Source of the DNA: Raja brachyura
Lineage: Eukaryota
Length of the DNA: 64,000 nt
Assembly: GCA_963514005.1 (NCBI GenBank)
Contig: OY740782.1
Span: forward strand, 48,484,001-48,548,000
Direction of reading: 5' to 3'
The translations under genes and the position numbers were made by a program. Positions 1 to 13,600 of the stretch are shown piece by piece (the stretch's first letter is position 1; each line of letters starts with the position of its first letter). The notes under the pieces were generated by a model. The model did no database searches. It was not told where the DNA came from and worked only from the letters and a program-made list of their open reading frames with translations.

Positions 1-298
1 CATTAGAATTCATTAGATGTCAATCAAAGGCACAAATTTCGTATCAAACAAATATAGTTGATTTAGCTCTGCTCATTCTGATCTCTGAATTACATACCAT
101 GTTGCTCACATGATGGGTGTTGGAACTACTTTTCCAATCTGTTCACAATTATTTAAAAGCAAGCCATAAAATTGGCAACTTACAGAATGTTGGCAACAGT
201 GACTGTATTTTCAGACCATCAAATGCACATCCTAAAGTATGTAGAAGAGACTTAAATATGAAGTAATAGAAAGAGTAACCGTCAGAAGCAAACACTTA

Positions 299-962
299 AG
301 GGCCTGTCCCACGTACGTGTCCTTGGCACGCGAATTACGCGACATTGTGGTCGCGTTGAGCCACGACAGTCCCGCGATTTAATGCGTACGCACAGCCGTC
401 TGGAGCGCGTGACGTCATTTGAAGATGGACACAAAATGCTAGAGTAACTCAGTGGGACCGGCAGCATCTCTGGAGAGAAGGAATGGGTGACGTTTCATGT
501 CGAGACTCTTCTTCAGTCTGAAAGAAGGGTCTCGACCCGAAACGCCACCCATTGCTTCTTTCCAGAGATGCTGCCGGTCCCGCTGAGTTACTCCAGAATT
601 TTGTGTCTATCTTCAATTTTCATGGTCCAGCTCTGGGAGTAGAAGTGGGGGCGGATCCGGACCACAACGGCCGTGAGCCCCAGGCCGAGCTCGGCGATCG
701 TTTGCCTGCTTCTGCTGCTGTTAGAGGTGAGACATTGCACCGCACCAGGGTCTTGGGCCTGTCCCACTTCTGCCGCCAGTTCCGCGACAGGCTGTTGGCG
801 CGCAAAGATTTTGTTCTCTACAGAAATTTCTGAGCCCCGCGCGTGTCGCGCACAACTACATACCCCTCCGCGTTTCGCAGTGGGATCGGCCCCGCGCGGC
901 CATACGATGCCTTCGAGGTCGCGTAATTTGCGTGCCAAGGACACGTAAGTGGGACAGGCCCT
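299..962. mobile_element. PIF/Harbinger-type MITE
   Basis: About 45-bp TIRs starting AGGGCCTGTCCCAC, TTA target duplication (296-298, 963-965), CpG-rich, non-coding. Confidence 0.85.
419..616. mobile_element. Palindromic element made of two inverted Penelope termini, nested in the MITE
   Basis: About 98-bp arms; same sequence family as the Penelope end at 15730-15825. Confidence 0.8.
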
Positions 963-1522
963 TTAGCTGCTTTCTCCAATAGAAAATTATTTTTAAAGTG
1001 TCAATGATCATTGGCTGGCTGGCTGGCTGCATTCTAAATCACAGACCATTAAAGGACTTGTTGATATATCAATATCATTAATTTAATAGAATATATTGCA
1101 AGGTAAAGAATTAACTAGTTTCATCCAACTGTAATTTTAGATCTTCCTTGAGATAACATGTCTCTGCATTAATTATTTCAAGGTTACTTTATCTTAAGGT
1201 TGAAAAAAGATAGCTACATGAGGCAAGGGTACAGGGCATATGACTTACAGTTTCATATTGCTCCCTCAACTGATTTTAAAGACGGTACACAGTGATAATG
1301 TACTTGAGTTTGACTTGATTATATTTATGGATAGCATTATCGCATTTGATTGGATACCATGCAAAACAAAGCATTGTACCTCAGCACACATGACAATAAT
1401 AAACCTAAACCTAAACCAATATGTTTAAGGCTTGAGCAACAGCAGTCCATATTCTGATACAGCACACATATAAAAGAAATGCTTTTCAAGACAATAGACA
1501 TTACTTTGAACGCGACACTCAC

Positions 1523-1665
1523 CTTCCTCCCTGATGTACAGAATATACTGTAATCTGTCTGAATCTCTAATCCTTTGCTGGGTCGCACTTCACACGTCAA
1601 TCCCCGAGGAGCCTCGTTGGTGAAAAGAAAATGTTGTGCTTTTCCTGTTTCTCTCTGACCTCTAA
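1523..1665 (-). CDS. PKD1L1: PKD1L1 exon, phase 1-0
   Basis: GKAQHFLFTNEAPRGLTCEVRPSKGLEIQTDYSIFCTSGRK. Confidence 0.9.
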
Positions 1666-4600
1666 CTAGTTGGTGTGTTGAGATGAGATAACAAAATATT
1701 ACAAACTCAATAGACATATCTAATGTAAACAGAATCAAAATGTACTTTAAAATGTTGAGAATTTCTATTGTTTTTTTTTTAATCTAAAAGTCTTACTCAC
1801 CAATAACTTCTAGCATGTACACTTTCTTACTTTGCAGGCCAAAAGGTTTAAATGTTAGTGTTTGTGATTTTGTACCTGTGGAAAAAGGCATTTGATTAAT
1901 TAATCAATGTTGGGGGGGGGGGGGGGGGGGGGAAGGAGATGGGTGGTGCCTTGCACAAAAACTAAATAGCTAAATCTTAAACCAAAATAAACACGCCCTT
2001 TTCTTCCATCATGTGGCACCATATTTCCACTGTTTGAAAGTACTGTCTATTCCCATTTCCTTCTTTAATAGTTCTCATTCTTAAGTCAAAAAGCAATTTG
2101 CTTTCAAAATAACTCAGCTTTAGAAATGATTGGTGGCATAGATTTTCCCTTTCTACTAAACCTTGCCAAAAAAGAATTGTTCATCACAGTGTATTGACTG
2201 GAAAGAGTACCTGAGCTGCATGAAGGACACAGACATTCTTTCTCAACACAGACATTCTTTAAACTCCAGAACAATTTTAGACAATGCAAATCTTCTATAG
2301 TATGTTATCTATTGCTGATATTGTTACTGTGTCCAATTTCTGTTCCACTGCTCAATGGCACAGAACATATTCTTTGATATATCCGAACCAATTCCAGAAG
2401 GATTCTATTTTGATCTCTATTCGCCATCAGAAAGAATTATGCTTAAGTATGTTGCTGGATTTATTTAATAACCAATTTTGACCCAGCTGCAGCCAATGTG
2501 TTTTGCTTACCATCTATGCACCATACCTATATTTCCAACCATATAACTTTTTTCCCAAATCTGCCATATATTTTGAATTCTTATATTTAGCTTGAATTTA
2601 GATTTTTATCGGTATAGAAGCTGATTCTCATCGACAAACTGGTCACTCTCGGCCTCCCCACTCTCACATGTGCCTGGATAAAGAACTTCCTCACCAACTG
2701 GCCCCAGACTGTGCTCTCGGCCCCCACCTCTCCTCCACTCGCATGTTGAGTACCGGTTCCCCACAGGGCTGTGTGCTAAGCCCCCTCCTATACTGTCTCT
2801 ACACCCACGACTGTAGTCCGGCCCTCAACAACAACCGAATCGTCAAGTTTGCTGACGACACTACAGTACTCGGACTCATCTCAAGGGGAGACGAGGCAGC
2901 CTACAGAGAGGAAGTTGTGAAGTTGACAGCCTGGTGCTCAGAAAACAATCTGGCTCTGAACACCAAGAAAACCAAAGAGCTCATTGTCGACTTCAGGAGG
3001 CACAGCACTGACTTAGCCCCCTTATACATCAACGGCGAGTGTGTGGAGAGGGTCCTCACCTTCCGGTTTCTCGGCGTCCTCATCTCCGCTGACATCTCCT
3101 AGACAGACAACATCACAGCGGTCATCAAGAAGGCTCAGCAGTGGTTGCACTTCCTGAGGGTCCTCAGGAAGCACAACCTGGACTCCAACCTGCTGCTGAC
3201 CTTCTACCGCTCGTCCATTGAGAGCCTGTTGACATACTGCATTACAGCATGGTACGGCAGCTGCACCATGGCAGACAGGGAGAGGCTTCAGAGGGTAGTT
3301 AGGGCAGCACAAAAGATCATCGGCTGCCCTCTCCCCTCTCTGATGGACATTTACACCTCCCGCTGCCTCAGCAGGGAGAAGAACATTATCAAGGACAGCT
3401 CCCATCCTGCATTTGGGCTGTTCAACCTGCTGCCCTCAGGGAGGTGCTATAGGTGCATCAGCACAAGGACAAATAGACGCAAGAACAGTTTCTTTCCAAA
3501 ATCCATTATCTCCCTGAACTCACACATGCACTGACTTCACAACCCTAACCCATCTATCCACCTACTGTAATTTGTACTGTAACTGTAATTTCCAATATGT
3601 GCAATAACCCATAATGGATATAGGAATCCTATTTATTCATTCTATTTATCCATTGTCTTTTTATAGATATGTATATAGCGCCGCAGAAACTGTGCACCTT
3701 ATCCCCCCCCCCCCCTTTTGTTTTGCACTGAGTAGGAGCAGCTTTTAATCTCATTGTACATGTGTATAGTGACAATAAAAGGCATTCTTCTGATTTTTCT
3801 TTGTATAAACATTTAATTCCATTAATCTTCAAAACAATGCAACCACAAACTGAGCCCTTCAAAAGGCTGTTTTCACCAATGGTACCATCAATTTGCAGGG
3901 ATCAATAATAAATATATCCAGCATGTGACCCGAGAAGTTACAAAACCAGCCGCTAGAGAGAAAGAGACACTGGATATGTATATGGTTTGATGTGAGAAGT
4001 TAAAAATCAAAACCCTTCAGCTGGCATTGAAATATTATTAGCATAAATCCAAGAAGACAGCTGGGGTGACACAATGTCTGGAATTCCACAAGAGAATTGT
4101 GCTGGGGACAGCACCAGCTCCCCAACCAATAGAGCAACCATCACAGGTAGAGAATGGGATTTCTATAAGAACTATGTTGGGGATTCCATGGAATATGGAA
4201 GGAGAATGCAGTGGTTTACATTAGTGAAATAAGCCAGAACAGAAGTCCACACTGGGCTTGGCATCACCAAATTCTTGGTGAGCTTGTCACGAAAGCTACT
4301 GTGTTATCTATTTCAGAAGAGAAAGAGCAGGACTAATTGTACATTTTAATAATGCACTAGATACAGGGAAGTGCATTAATTCACAAGTTTTAGAATAAAA
4401 TAAAGACAATTTCCTTTACTGTTTTTAAATAGACTAGTTACCTGTGGTGGTGAATGTTTCAAACTTCTCATTATTAATTTGCACTTTAGTCCATTCGATC
4501 ATAGGAATGGGTCTGGATGCAAGTGGGGGCGGAATGTCTGGGAGTACGTCATCACCACCTCCCGTTTCCGATCCAAAATTGGATCCTTCATTTCCACCGG

Positions 4601-7600
4601 CACCTGTATCAATGCTATTCCCACTGGATCCACCTCCTGTGAATCAACAATTTAGAAAGATTAGAAGTAAACATTCAGATGCAATATTTTGTTCCAAAAT
4701 AAATGTTTAGTAAGGCCTTCCCTGAAGCTAAATATTGCACATTGCAATTACTGCTAATGACATCCTCAGGGAAAAAAAAGCCAATTTTCTTTTATGATCC
4801 CACCCACTAACAACCAAAACCCGTCTGACATCGCAGATCCTTTCTTGGTAAATGTGATTTAGATTAGATTAGATTAGATTCAACGTTATTGTCATTGTGC
4901 AGAGTACAAGTACTGAGACAACAAAATGTTTTTTTCACCACACAGCCATACGAATAAAAAAAATTAAGAACACAGAACACGATAGTCTATAACATAAACA
5001 TCCCCACAAAGCGGTATCAAAGTTTCCCACTGTGAGGGAAGGCACCAAAGTCAATCTCCCCTTTGATGTTCTTTGATGTTTACCCGTGGTCGTGGCCTCC
5101 CGAGCAACCCGCAGTCGCCGCTACGGGCGGCCCGATGTTCAGGCCCTCTATCCGGGATGATGGAACTCCGACATCGGAACGGAAGAGCATCCTCAGCGGC
5201 TTGGACTCGGAATCGGTCCACGGCTCCCGAAGGCCACAGGCCGAGCTAGGCGGAGATTCAACGCTGGCGGCCCTCGGCAAAGGGTCCCAGGACACCGCGA
5301 TGTTGGTCAGCGCCGCCCGCGCTGGGAGCTCTGCAAACCACAGCTCCGTGATGTTGATGCAGCAGGCCCAACACTCCGGAGCTTCAAACGGCGATCCCAG
5401 GTAAGGCATCGCCCGCTCTGCGATGTATCCAGCGCTGCGTCGCCGCTGCTGAAGCTCTGGTCCGGTCTCCGGCAGGACAGGCCGCGCCAATCCAGTTGGT
5501 AGGCCGCGAGGAGGGGGGCGAGGACGCAACTCGGAGAATAGTCACATTCTATAGTCCAGCCAAAACAGTGCACAGTTCATAGTTTAGTTTGTGTTTTGTC
5601 ATGTTCAACAGTCTGATAGGTGTTGGGAAAAAGCTGTTCTTAAACCTGGCGGTCACAATTTTCAGATTCCTATACCTTCTTCCCAATGATATAAGTGAAA
5701 TTAATGCGTGGTCATGTCATAAAATAAATTACTTAGACGATGATATATGTTTTGGAACACCCACAAAAATGTGTGCATGATAACTGTTCTCGTAGACCCT
5801 AAGCTTCCATCACCAAAGAAGGACTTTGCTGACCATTTCAAACTCATGCGGCATTATTAATTTATCGGTATTCAGCCAGGATAGAAATATCCATTGGAAG
5901 GGGAAAAAAAAGATTCTCTCAAAGAATCTGCAGTTTTGATCATTCATCCATGTAGCTAAAGTACAGCAAGAGACTGAAGAGACGATGGTTAATAGATAAA
6001 GCATTTTACACATCCAAAACTGATATACCAATTTAATTACAACCCTGTACCTTGAAATCCTGGTCTCCCACCAGATCCGAAAGTCCCTTCTACTGTATTA
6101 TAATGTGTCTCATATTCTGCATAAAAATGAAATGAAACTTAATACATTTAGAGCAAAAGTAGAACAAGTATTGAATTACATAGTCTAGACTGTGAAAAGA
6201 TTAGGAGCTATTTTCCAATAAAAATCCAAGTTATAAGATCAGGTAGAAAATGTATTAATGACCAGTAATAATTATTTATGGGTCACTCAAATACAAATCT
6301 GTACATTAATTGTATTATGCAAAGATCACACACTTAATCAAACATATTTGTGCATAACAATATCTATCACTTCTAATCAGCACATTGTGTCTTTAAGACT
6401 GTTGAGACCCTGAAAAAACCTCGTCATTTCCCATAGATGAATTTTCCATAGAGATTCATCTTCTAGTTAATTTACATAGTGAAGCTTCACAGGAATTGTC
6501 AGCATCTATTTCCCACCTCAAATGGTAATTGAGAAAATAATTATGAGCTATCTACCTGAACCACTGAGGACTTTGTGGTGAAAATATTCCCATAGAACAG
6601 TCTTGGTAGGTTGCAGAATTTAAACCCAGAAGATCAACATAGCCTTGCCAAAATTACAGTATGTGTGTGACTTGCAAAGATACCTACAGATAGTGGTATT
6701 GCCAGAGATCAACTTTATCCTTTTAATGGTGGAGATTGTTTTGAACAATAGAGAAATGTAGACACATAGAAAATAGGTGCAGGAGTAGGCCATTTGGCCC
6801 TTCGATCCAGCACCGCCATTCAATATGATCATGGCTGGTCAACCAAGAACAGTACCCTGTTCCTGCTCTTTTCCCAAATCCCTTGATTCTGTTAGCTCTA
6901 ATAGATAAATCTAACTCTCTCTTAAAACATCCAGTGAATTGGCCTCCACTGCCTTCTGTGGCAGAGAATTCCACAGATTCACAACTCTGGGTGAAAAGGT
7001 TTTCCTTCATTTCAGTCCTAAATGGTGTACCCCTTAATCATAATATCCCTGCTGATCAATGACAGATAGCACACATGGCAGCTTTGGTGCTCAGGTGAAT
7101 TGAGCCTTGTGGACAGCATCCCAATTAGGTCAGCTGCTCGGTTACAGTTGGACTTAGGTTTAGGTGTGAAGAATGTTACATCACAGCCTTAACAATTGCC
7201 TCTTAGATGGTCAAAATGTTTGGGAATTCAAGAGATGAATAACTTGTCACAAGAAATCCAGTTTCCAACATTCTTATAATGACAGCATTTATGTGGTAGG
7301 GATTTTTTAGAGTTTACAGGTGACAGTAATTCAACGAAGTTGATGGGAAGCCAACTGCAATAATCATGCTTTAGATATCAAGTATTGATGGTTCAGCAAA
7401 AAAAAAAATGCTGGAAAAACTTAACAGGTCAGGCAGCGTCTGTCCGATGCTGAGAGAGAATGGGCAGACTCTGAGTCTGCATCAATGATCTAGATGATGG
7501 GGTGGAAAATTGGATAAGTATGCAGATGATACTAAGATAGGGGGTGCTGTGGATAATGAAGTTGATTTTCAAAGTCTACAGAGAGATTTGGGCCATTTGG

Positions 7601-10600
7601 AAGAGTGGGCTGAAAGATGGCAGATGGAGTTTAATGCTGATAAGTGTGAGATGCTTCATCTTGGCAGGACAAATCAAAATAGGACGTACATGGTAAATGG
7701 TAGGGAATTGAGGAATGCTGTGGAACAGAGGGATCTAGGAATAACTGTGCATTGTTACCTGAAGGTGGAATTGCATGTAGATAGGGTGGTAAAGAAAGCT
7801 TTTGGTGTGCTGGCCTTTATAAATCAGAGCATTGAACAAAGCAGTAGGGAAGTAATGTTAAAATTGTACAAGGCATTGGTAAGACCAATTCTGGAGTATG
7901 GTGTACAATTTTGGTCACCTAATTATAGGAAGAATGTCAACAAAATAGAGAGAGTACAGAGGAGATTTACTAGAAAGTTGCCTGGGTTCCAACAACTAAG
8001 TTACAGAGAAAGGTTGAACAAGTTAGGTCTTTATTCTTTGGAGCACAGAAGGTTAAGGGGGGACTTGATTGAGGTCTTTAAAATGATGAAAGGGATAGAC
8101 GTGGATAAGCTTTTCCCATTGAGGGTAGGAAAGATTCAAACAAGAGGGCATGACATGAGAATTAAGGGACAGAAGTTTAGGGGTAACATGAGGGGAAACT
8201 TCTTTACTCAGAGAGTGGTGCCTGTGTGGAATGATCTTCCTGCAGAAGTGGTGGAGGCAGGATCGATTTTAACATTTAAAAGTAAAGTGGATAGGTATGT
8301 GGACGGGAAGGGAATGGAGGGGTATGGTCTGAGTGCAGGTAGATGGGACTAGGGGAAAATAAATGGTCGGCACGGACTGGAAGGGCCAAGAAGGCCTGTT
8401 TCTGTGCTGTAATTGTTATATGGTTATTATATGGTTATATGAACAAAAATATGCTGAGACTTTTCCCAGAACTCTTTACCTGTTGTATCTGTGGTGTTCT
8501 CTGTTGCGTTGGAAGAACCTTCTCCAAAGACACTTCCACTAATAGTCATATTGGTGGTGTTGCTGACGGTTGCTGAGCAAGGTGAGAAAAGAAAAGATAA
8601 GTGTGCACATTAGTTTTTAATTGCAATCATCTAAGTCTCACTCAATTTTTTGAGTGGAAAAAGAAGATAACAGACTCAAGTCCACTATACAGTTGTGTAC
8701 TGTGGGGAAATCAGAAGGAAAGAATGGGGACTCGGGAAACTGCAGATTCTGAAATCGTGAATAAAAATAACTCAGCGGATCAGGTAGTCTAGGTCAGCTA
8801 GGTCACGTCAGGTAGACAAAGTTTTAGGCGGTTCCAGCCCAAAACCCAATCTGTCCATTTCCCTCCACAGAAGACAGCATGGCTTTCAAGCATAATATTT
8901 CAGTAGATCATGTGATAGGAGCAGAATTAGGCCATTCAGCCCATTAAGGCTACGCCGCCATTCAATCATGGCTGATCTATCTCTCCCTCCTAACCCCATT
9001 CTCCTGTCTTCCACCCATAACCTCTGACACCTGTACTAATCAAGAAATTTCATCTTGTGTTCTGCCCAGAATAGGACAAATAGGATTAATTGGATTCACA
9101 CGTTCAGGGGATGGAAATGTCATTACAAAAACTATTTATTGCCCATCCATTCTTACACTTGTGGAGATGGTTGTGAAACATCTTATTGAAGCACTGCTGT
9201 CTACAAAGTGAAGTTGCCACAGTTCTATTAGCAGTAGTATCAGGATTTTGATCCTAAGACAATAAAATAATAAAGGTAAACTTCCAAGTCAGAATGTCAT
9301 GTCATGGGAGTGGACTTTTTACATGAAAATATTTCTGTAACCCAGCTTCCCTTATCCTTCAAGGGGATAGAGAAAGAAGCTGTGGAATGTGTTGCTGAAG
9401 AAGAGGAGCAGAGTTGCAGCAGTGGAGGTGGACAGGACACATAGCAGAGAGAGTAAATGTCTAAGGTGCTGAAAGTCAGGTGCTGAATGACCTTTCAGCT
9501 GATAAAAAATCTCAAACTGAACTTTCTCTGTTTTTACTTCACTGATATACATGGGTAGGATCGGTTTAGAGAGATATGTGCCAAATGCAGGCAGATGAGA
9601 CGAGTGTAGATGGGGCATGTTGGTTGGCGTGGGCAAGTTGGGCCAAAGGGCCCATTTCCATGCTATATGACTCGTATGTATTTCTAGATTCTTAAATGTT
9701 GCTTTCCAGCCTCTTTCTTTGTTTTTGCTTTTTAATGACTTAAAAGAGAGGGGGAAAAAGGGAGGAATTAAGATAGGAACAGGTGCTTGCAATATTCATC
9801 TTTTTTATCAGCAACCTTGGAAATGCCATTATCATGTCAGGCAAATTGTGCGGGTTTATCAGTCAATTGCCCCAATGTGTGCAGAGGAGTGCAGAATCAG
9901 AAGCAACTGATGGGAATGTGGTGAAAATAAAGTGGGATTAATGTACTGAAGTGGGCGGTTGATGTTTGACGTGCACTTACTGGACCATGGAGCCTATTCC
10001 TATGCTGCATGACTCTGGGACTATGAAATATGGAGCACATAATAATAACGAGTCTTTGGCCTCTGGAAAATAATAATAGATCAATAGTTTAGGAAAAAGC
10101 TATTTGGACATTTAAAAAAAAACAGCAATCATGATCGTCTTTTCAGGCAGTCCTTTGGTGGTGTGGATGATTTGTTTTCACTACAGTTTTGTGGGTTTTG
10201 AGGTAGTTGATGAAGCCAATGTGGGGCTTGCAGATACTGCCACAGATGGGCAGGTGGTGAACTCCAGTTTTACTGCAAGATTATTACATTACGGTGTACA
10301 CAAACACCAATGGCAAGTTGGTTCCGAATTGAGTAGCAGCTTGGTGCATAATGTCAGTGGGTAGAATAAGACTGGGTACCTGGAACAACTGGCAATCCTG
10401 GAAATGGTGTCGAGCTGCTTGATCCTCCTCCGGAAAAGGATCCTAAAGAACTCACAATAACACAAAACTTAAGAAACTTTTTCATGAAAACTTAAGAGAT
10501 TATATTCTAGTTATTATTCAGAATTCACTGAATTGCTATATTAAAATTGTACAATTTTCAAAAACAGGGTACATGTTGGCACGGAGGAAAGAACAATCTG

Positions 10601-13600
10601 ACTTTACATTGCTTTTCCACCTGTATAAACACAGAATGACAAAATGTCTGACTGAGGATTGGAAAGCAGAAATTGCATTGCAAACTAAACTCAACACATC
10701 ATTAGGTCTGAGACTCAGGCCCAAATGTTTCTGCCTTTGGCCAACAGTTCAACACCGAAAACAACACTTGAATCTTGAATCATTGAACCTTGATAAGCTT
10801 GGGATTCCCATGTGAATATGCACAGCCTGAAAGTGCTGGTTGAGTTCCATTCCTTCTCTACAGAGATGCTGCCTGTTCTGCTGAGTTGCTCCTGCATTTT
10901 GTGTCTACCTTTGATTTAAAACAGCCTCTGCAGTTCTTTACTGCACCAACAATATACCAGTTTGTTGTAATTTCCAACAAATCTGCTCTTGGATGCCGAG
11001 CCAGATTAGTAATTCTGACAGTTGGAAAAACATGGTTTACTTAGCAGTTGGGCTGAGGAAGTGGTAGGAAAGGAGAAAAGCGAAGGGGTCTGAAGCTCAG
11101 CATTAAATAAGGTGGTTAAATTACAGAGATTCCTTTGCCTGAAAAAGAATTATGCACATCAATATGTGCACTAAAATTATATCATTCTGACTTTGTTTGA
11201 GAACATGGAATCAATACTGCAATTAAAAAGACGGATGCCTTTTATTGTCCAAGATAGACATTTGCACTTAATTCTCCTCCTTACCTCCTCTTTCAATGAT
11301 TCCACTCTCTGAGATCTCAACTTGTGATCCACCTCTTTCCAAGCGAGAACCATTCACTTTGGGAGAATTAGACACAGGCAATGATGTGGTCTTTAATTTC
11401 TCATAAACTGAGGAGAAGCTCTCACTTCCAGCAGCATTCAGAGTCCCATTGATATCTGAAACAAAACACAATGTTACAAATTTACAATCATTTCAACACC
11501 AAAAGGGCTTGCCCACAGGCAATTTTTTCGGCGACTGCCTGCGACTGTCACAGTCGTAGCAGGTCGCCGAAAAAGCAGTAACTGGACCCCTCATACGACA
11601 AAGTCAACGCCAACCTACCACTTAGTCGACGTCAATCTACGTCAAGCTACCGACAACCGGCGACCCAACTGTCGCAACCTAGGACGTCCACCTACAACAA
11701 TCTACAACCACCAGGCGACAACTTATGACAACCGAAGTCAACCTATGTCCACCAGCGACAATCTACGACAATAACGACCCCATCGGCGACAACTGAAGAC
11801 AATTCAGTCGCCAGTTGACTAAGGATGATGGAGATTGTCGCCAATGGAATTCACCAAGGTCATCACTCGGCGACAACCTACGACAGCACCTACGACAGGA
11901 GAAGACAGGCATCGTCAAGCCCAACTGTCGCCGAAAGGTTTTGAACATTTCAAAATCCAGCGGCGACAAGAAAATAGTTACGACAGTTGAGGAGACAACT
12001 CACGACAATACAGGCGTCACCCCGCGACCATGTGCCGACAGGCGATTTTTTCAGTGACATCCGGAAAATAGGCTATAGGTTTGAAGGGTCCTGATTTATC
12101 CTTACTGTAGCTGATAAGTGAAGTAGTTCATTTACTCCAGATAGGAGCCTTTTTTAAGATGTAATGCTTGACAACAATGCTTAATGGCTGCATATTGTCG
12201 TAGTGGTAGAACTGCTGCTTTACAGTGCTAGACATCCGGGTTCGATCCTGACTATGGGTGCTGTCTGTACAGCGTTTGTACATTCTTCCTGTGACCATGT
12301 GGGTTTTATCCTCCCACATTTCAAAGACATACAGGTTTGTAGGTTAATTGGCTTTGGGGTAAAAATTGTAAATTGTCCCAAGTGCTAGTGTACGAGGTAA
12401 TTGCTGGCCGGTGCGGACTCGGTGGGCCAAGGGGACGTGTTTCTGCACTGTATCTCTAGAGTCTGAAGCAGTCACCATCCCACTCTATGCTGTTGCTATC
12501 ATGTCATACCTCTCATCTCCCCAACTATCCACCTCTCCTTCGATAACCATCTCCCCAGAGTGATCACAGCAGCAAAGATTATTTTCTGCCATTCTGATCC
12601 TAACCCTTCTGTGAACTACACAAACTGAAGCCCCAGCATTTTTTCCCTGATCAACAAATCATCTTCTCACACCTCTCCCAATCTGTATTCTGACACAGCT
12701 CTCTAACATTTCCAATGAAATGATATTATGGTGACAGGCCTATATTTGGGTTTGTATTTGAAAGGCTAGTTTAGGCATTTTACAGTGCTTTGTTCGCTTC
12801 TTCTGTATTGTATATTGGAGATGCAGGGAGTCACACAAAAACTGATGTACCTCCTCCAGCACTCCAACTAGTGCCACTGCCTCACAGTGCCAGAGTCCAG
12901 GGTTTGATCCTGACCTCAGATGCTGTCTGTGTGGAGTTTACACTTTCTCCCCGTGACTGTCTTGATTTTCTCCGGGTGCTCCAGTTTTCAAATACATCCC
13001 AAAAATGCGTGGGTTTGTATTTTAATTTGCCTCTGTAAATTGCTCTTTGTGTGGAGGGAGTGGATGAGAAAGGGAGACAGCATTGAACTAGCGTGAAATA
13101 TGATGTCGTATATTGGTCGGTGTCGGCTCAGTGGGCCACAGGGCCTGCCTCTATGCTATATCTCTAAGTTAAACTAAACCAAAATAAACACAAGGGCATC
13201 CCAGGTTTAAAATGATTTGACTAATGCAAATGGTCTTCTTTGTTTTTAAAGCTTTTTTTTCCCCCACAGAGAAATCTGTTTCTCAACTGACAACATGACC
13301 TCTCCACCAACAAAGAGTTCTAAGGAAAGTGGTACCTCAAGGAGGGAGCTAATATTGCCAAACTTGACCGTTCTCATAAATGTAACTCAAACACAGCTTG
13401 TAAATATGTTATGTAGCCCTTTACAGGATTCTTCTCAACAGCTTCAACAAAATATGGACAATATTGTATTCCTAACCTTTCATAACATCATATGCTCTGA
13501 CCCAGCAAGTTGCAGTTAGTCCAATCGAGTTTGCATCTTACATTCACAAGCCTTCCAGAGAAAATGCTCAAAGACAAATACAACACACAGAATAATATAT

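Noticed and set aside
282-948. Cluster of overlapping short ORFs
   Set aside because: By-product of GC-rich MITE and palindrome sequence; no protein motifs.
1912-1932. Poly-G run (also 15972 and 20281) as a regulatory G-quadruplex
   Set aside because: Simple homopolymers, partly within repeats and prone to assembly error; no supporting context.
5063-5573. 113-149 aa ORFs
   Set aside because: GC-rich repeat sequence, non-ATG starts, no recognisable domain.
11040-11140. Possible extra PKD1L1 exon (acceptor at 11139-11140)
   Set aside because: In-frame TAA in the required phase; the alternative acceptor gives an incompatible exit phase.
11560-12040. Repeated CGAC/ACCTACGAC motifs resembling a CRISPR or satellite array
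   Set aside because: No constant repeat-spacer period; it is the interior of a MITE also present at 30011.
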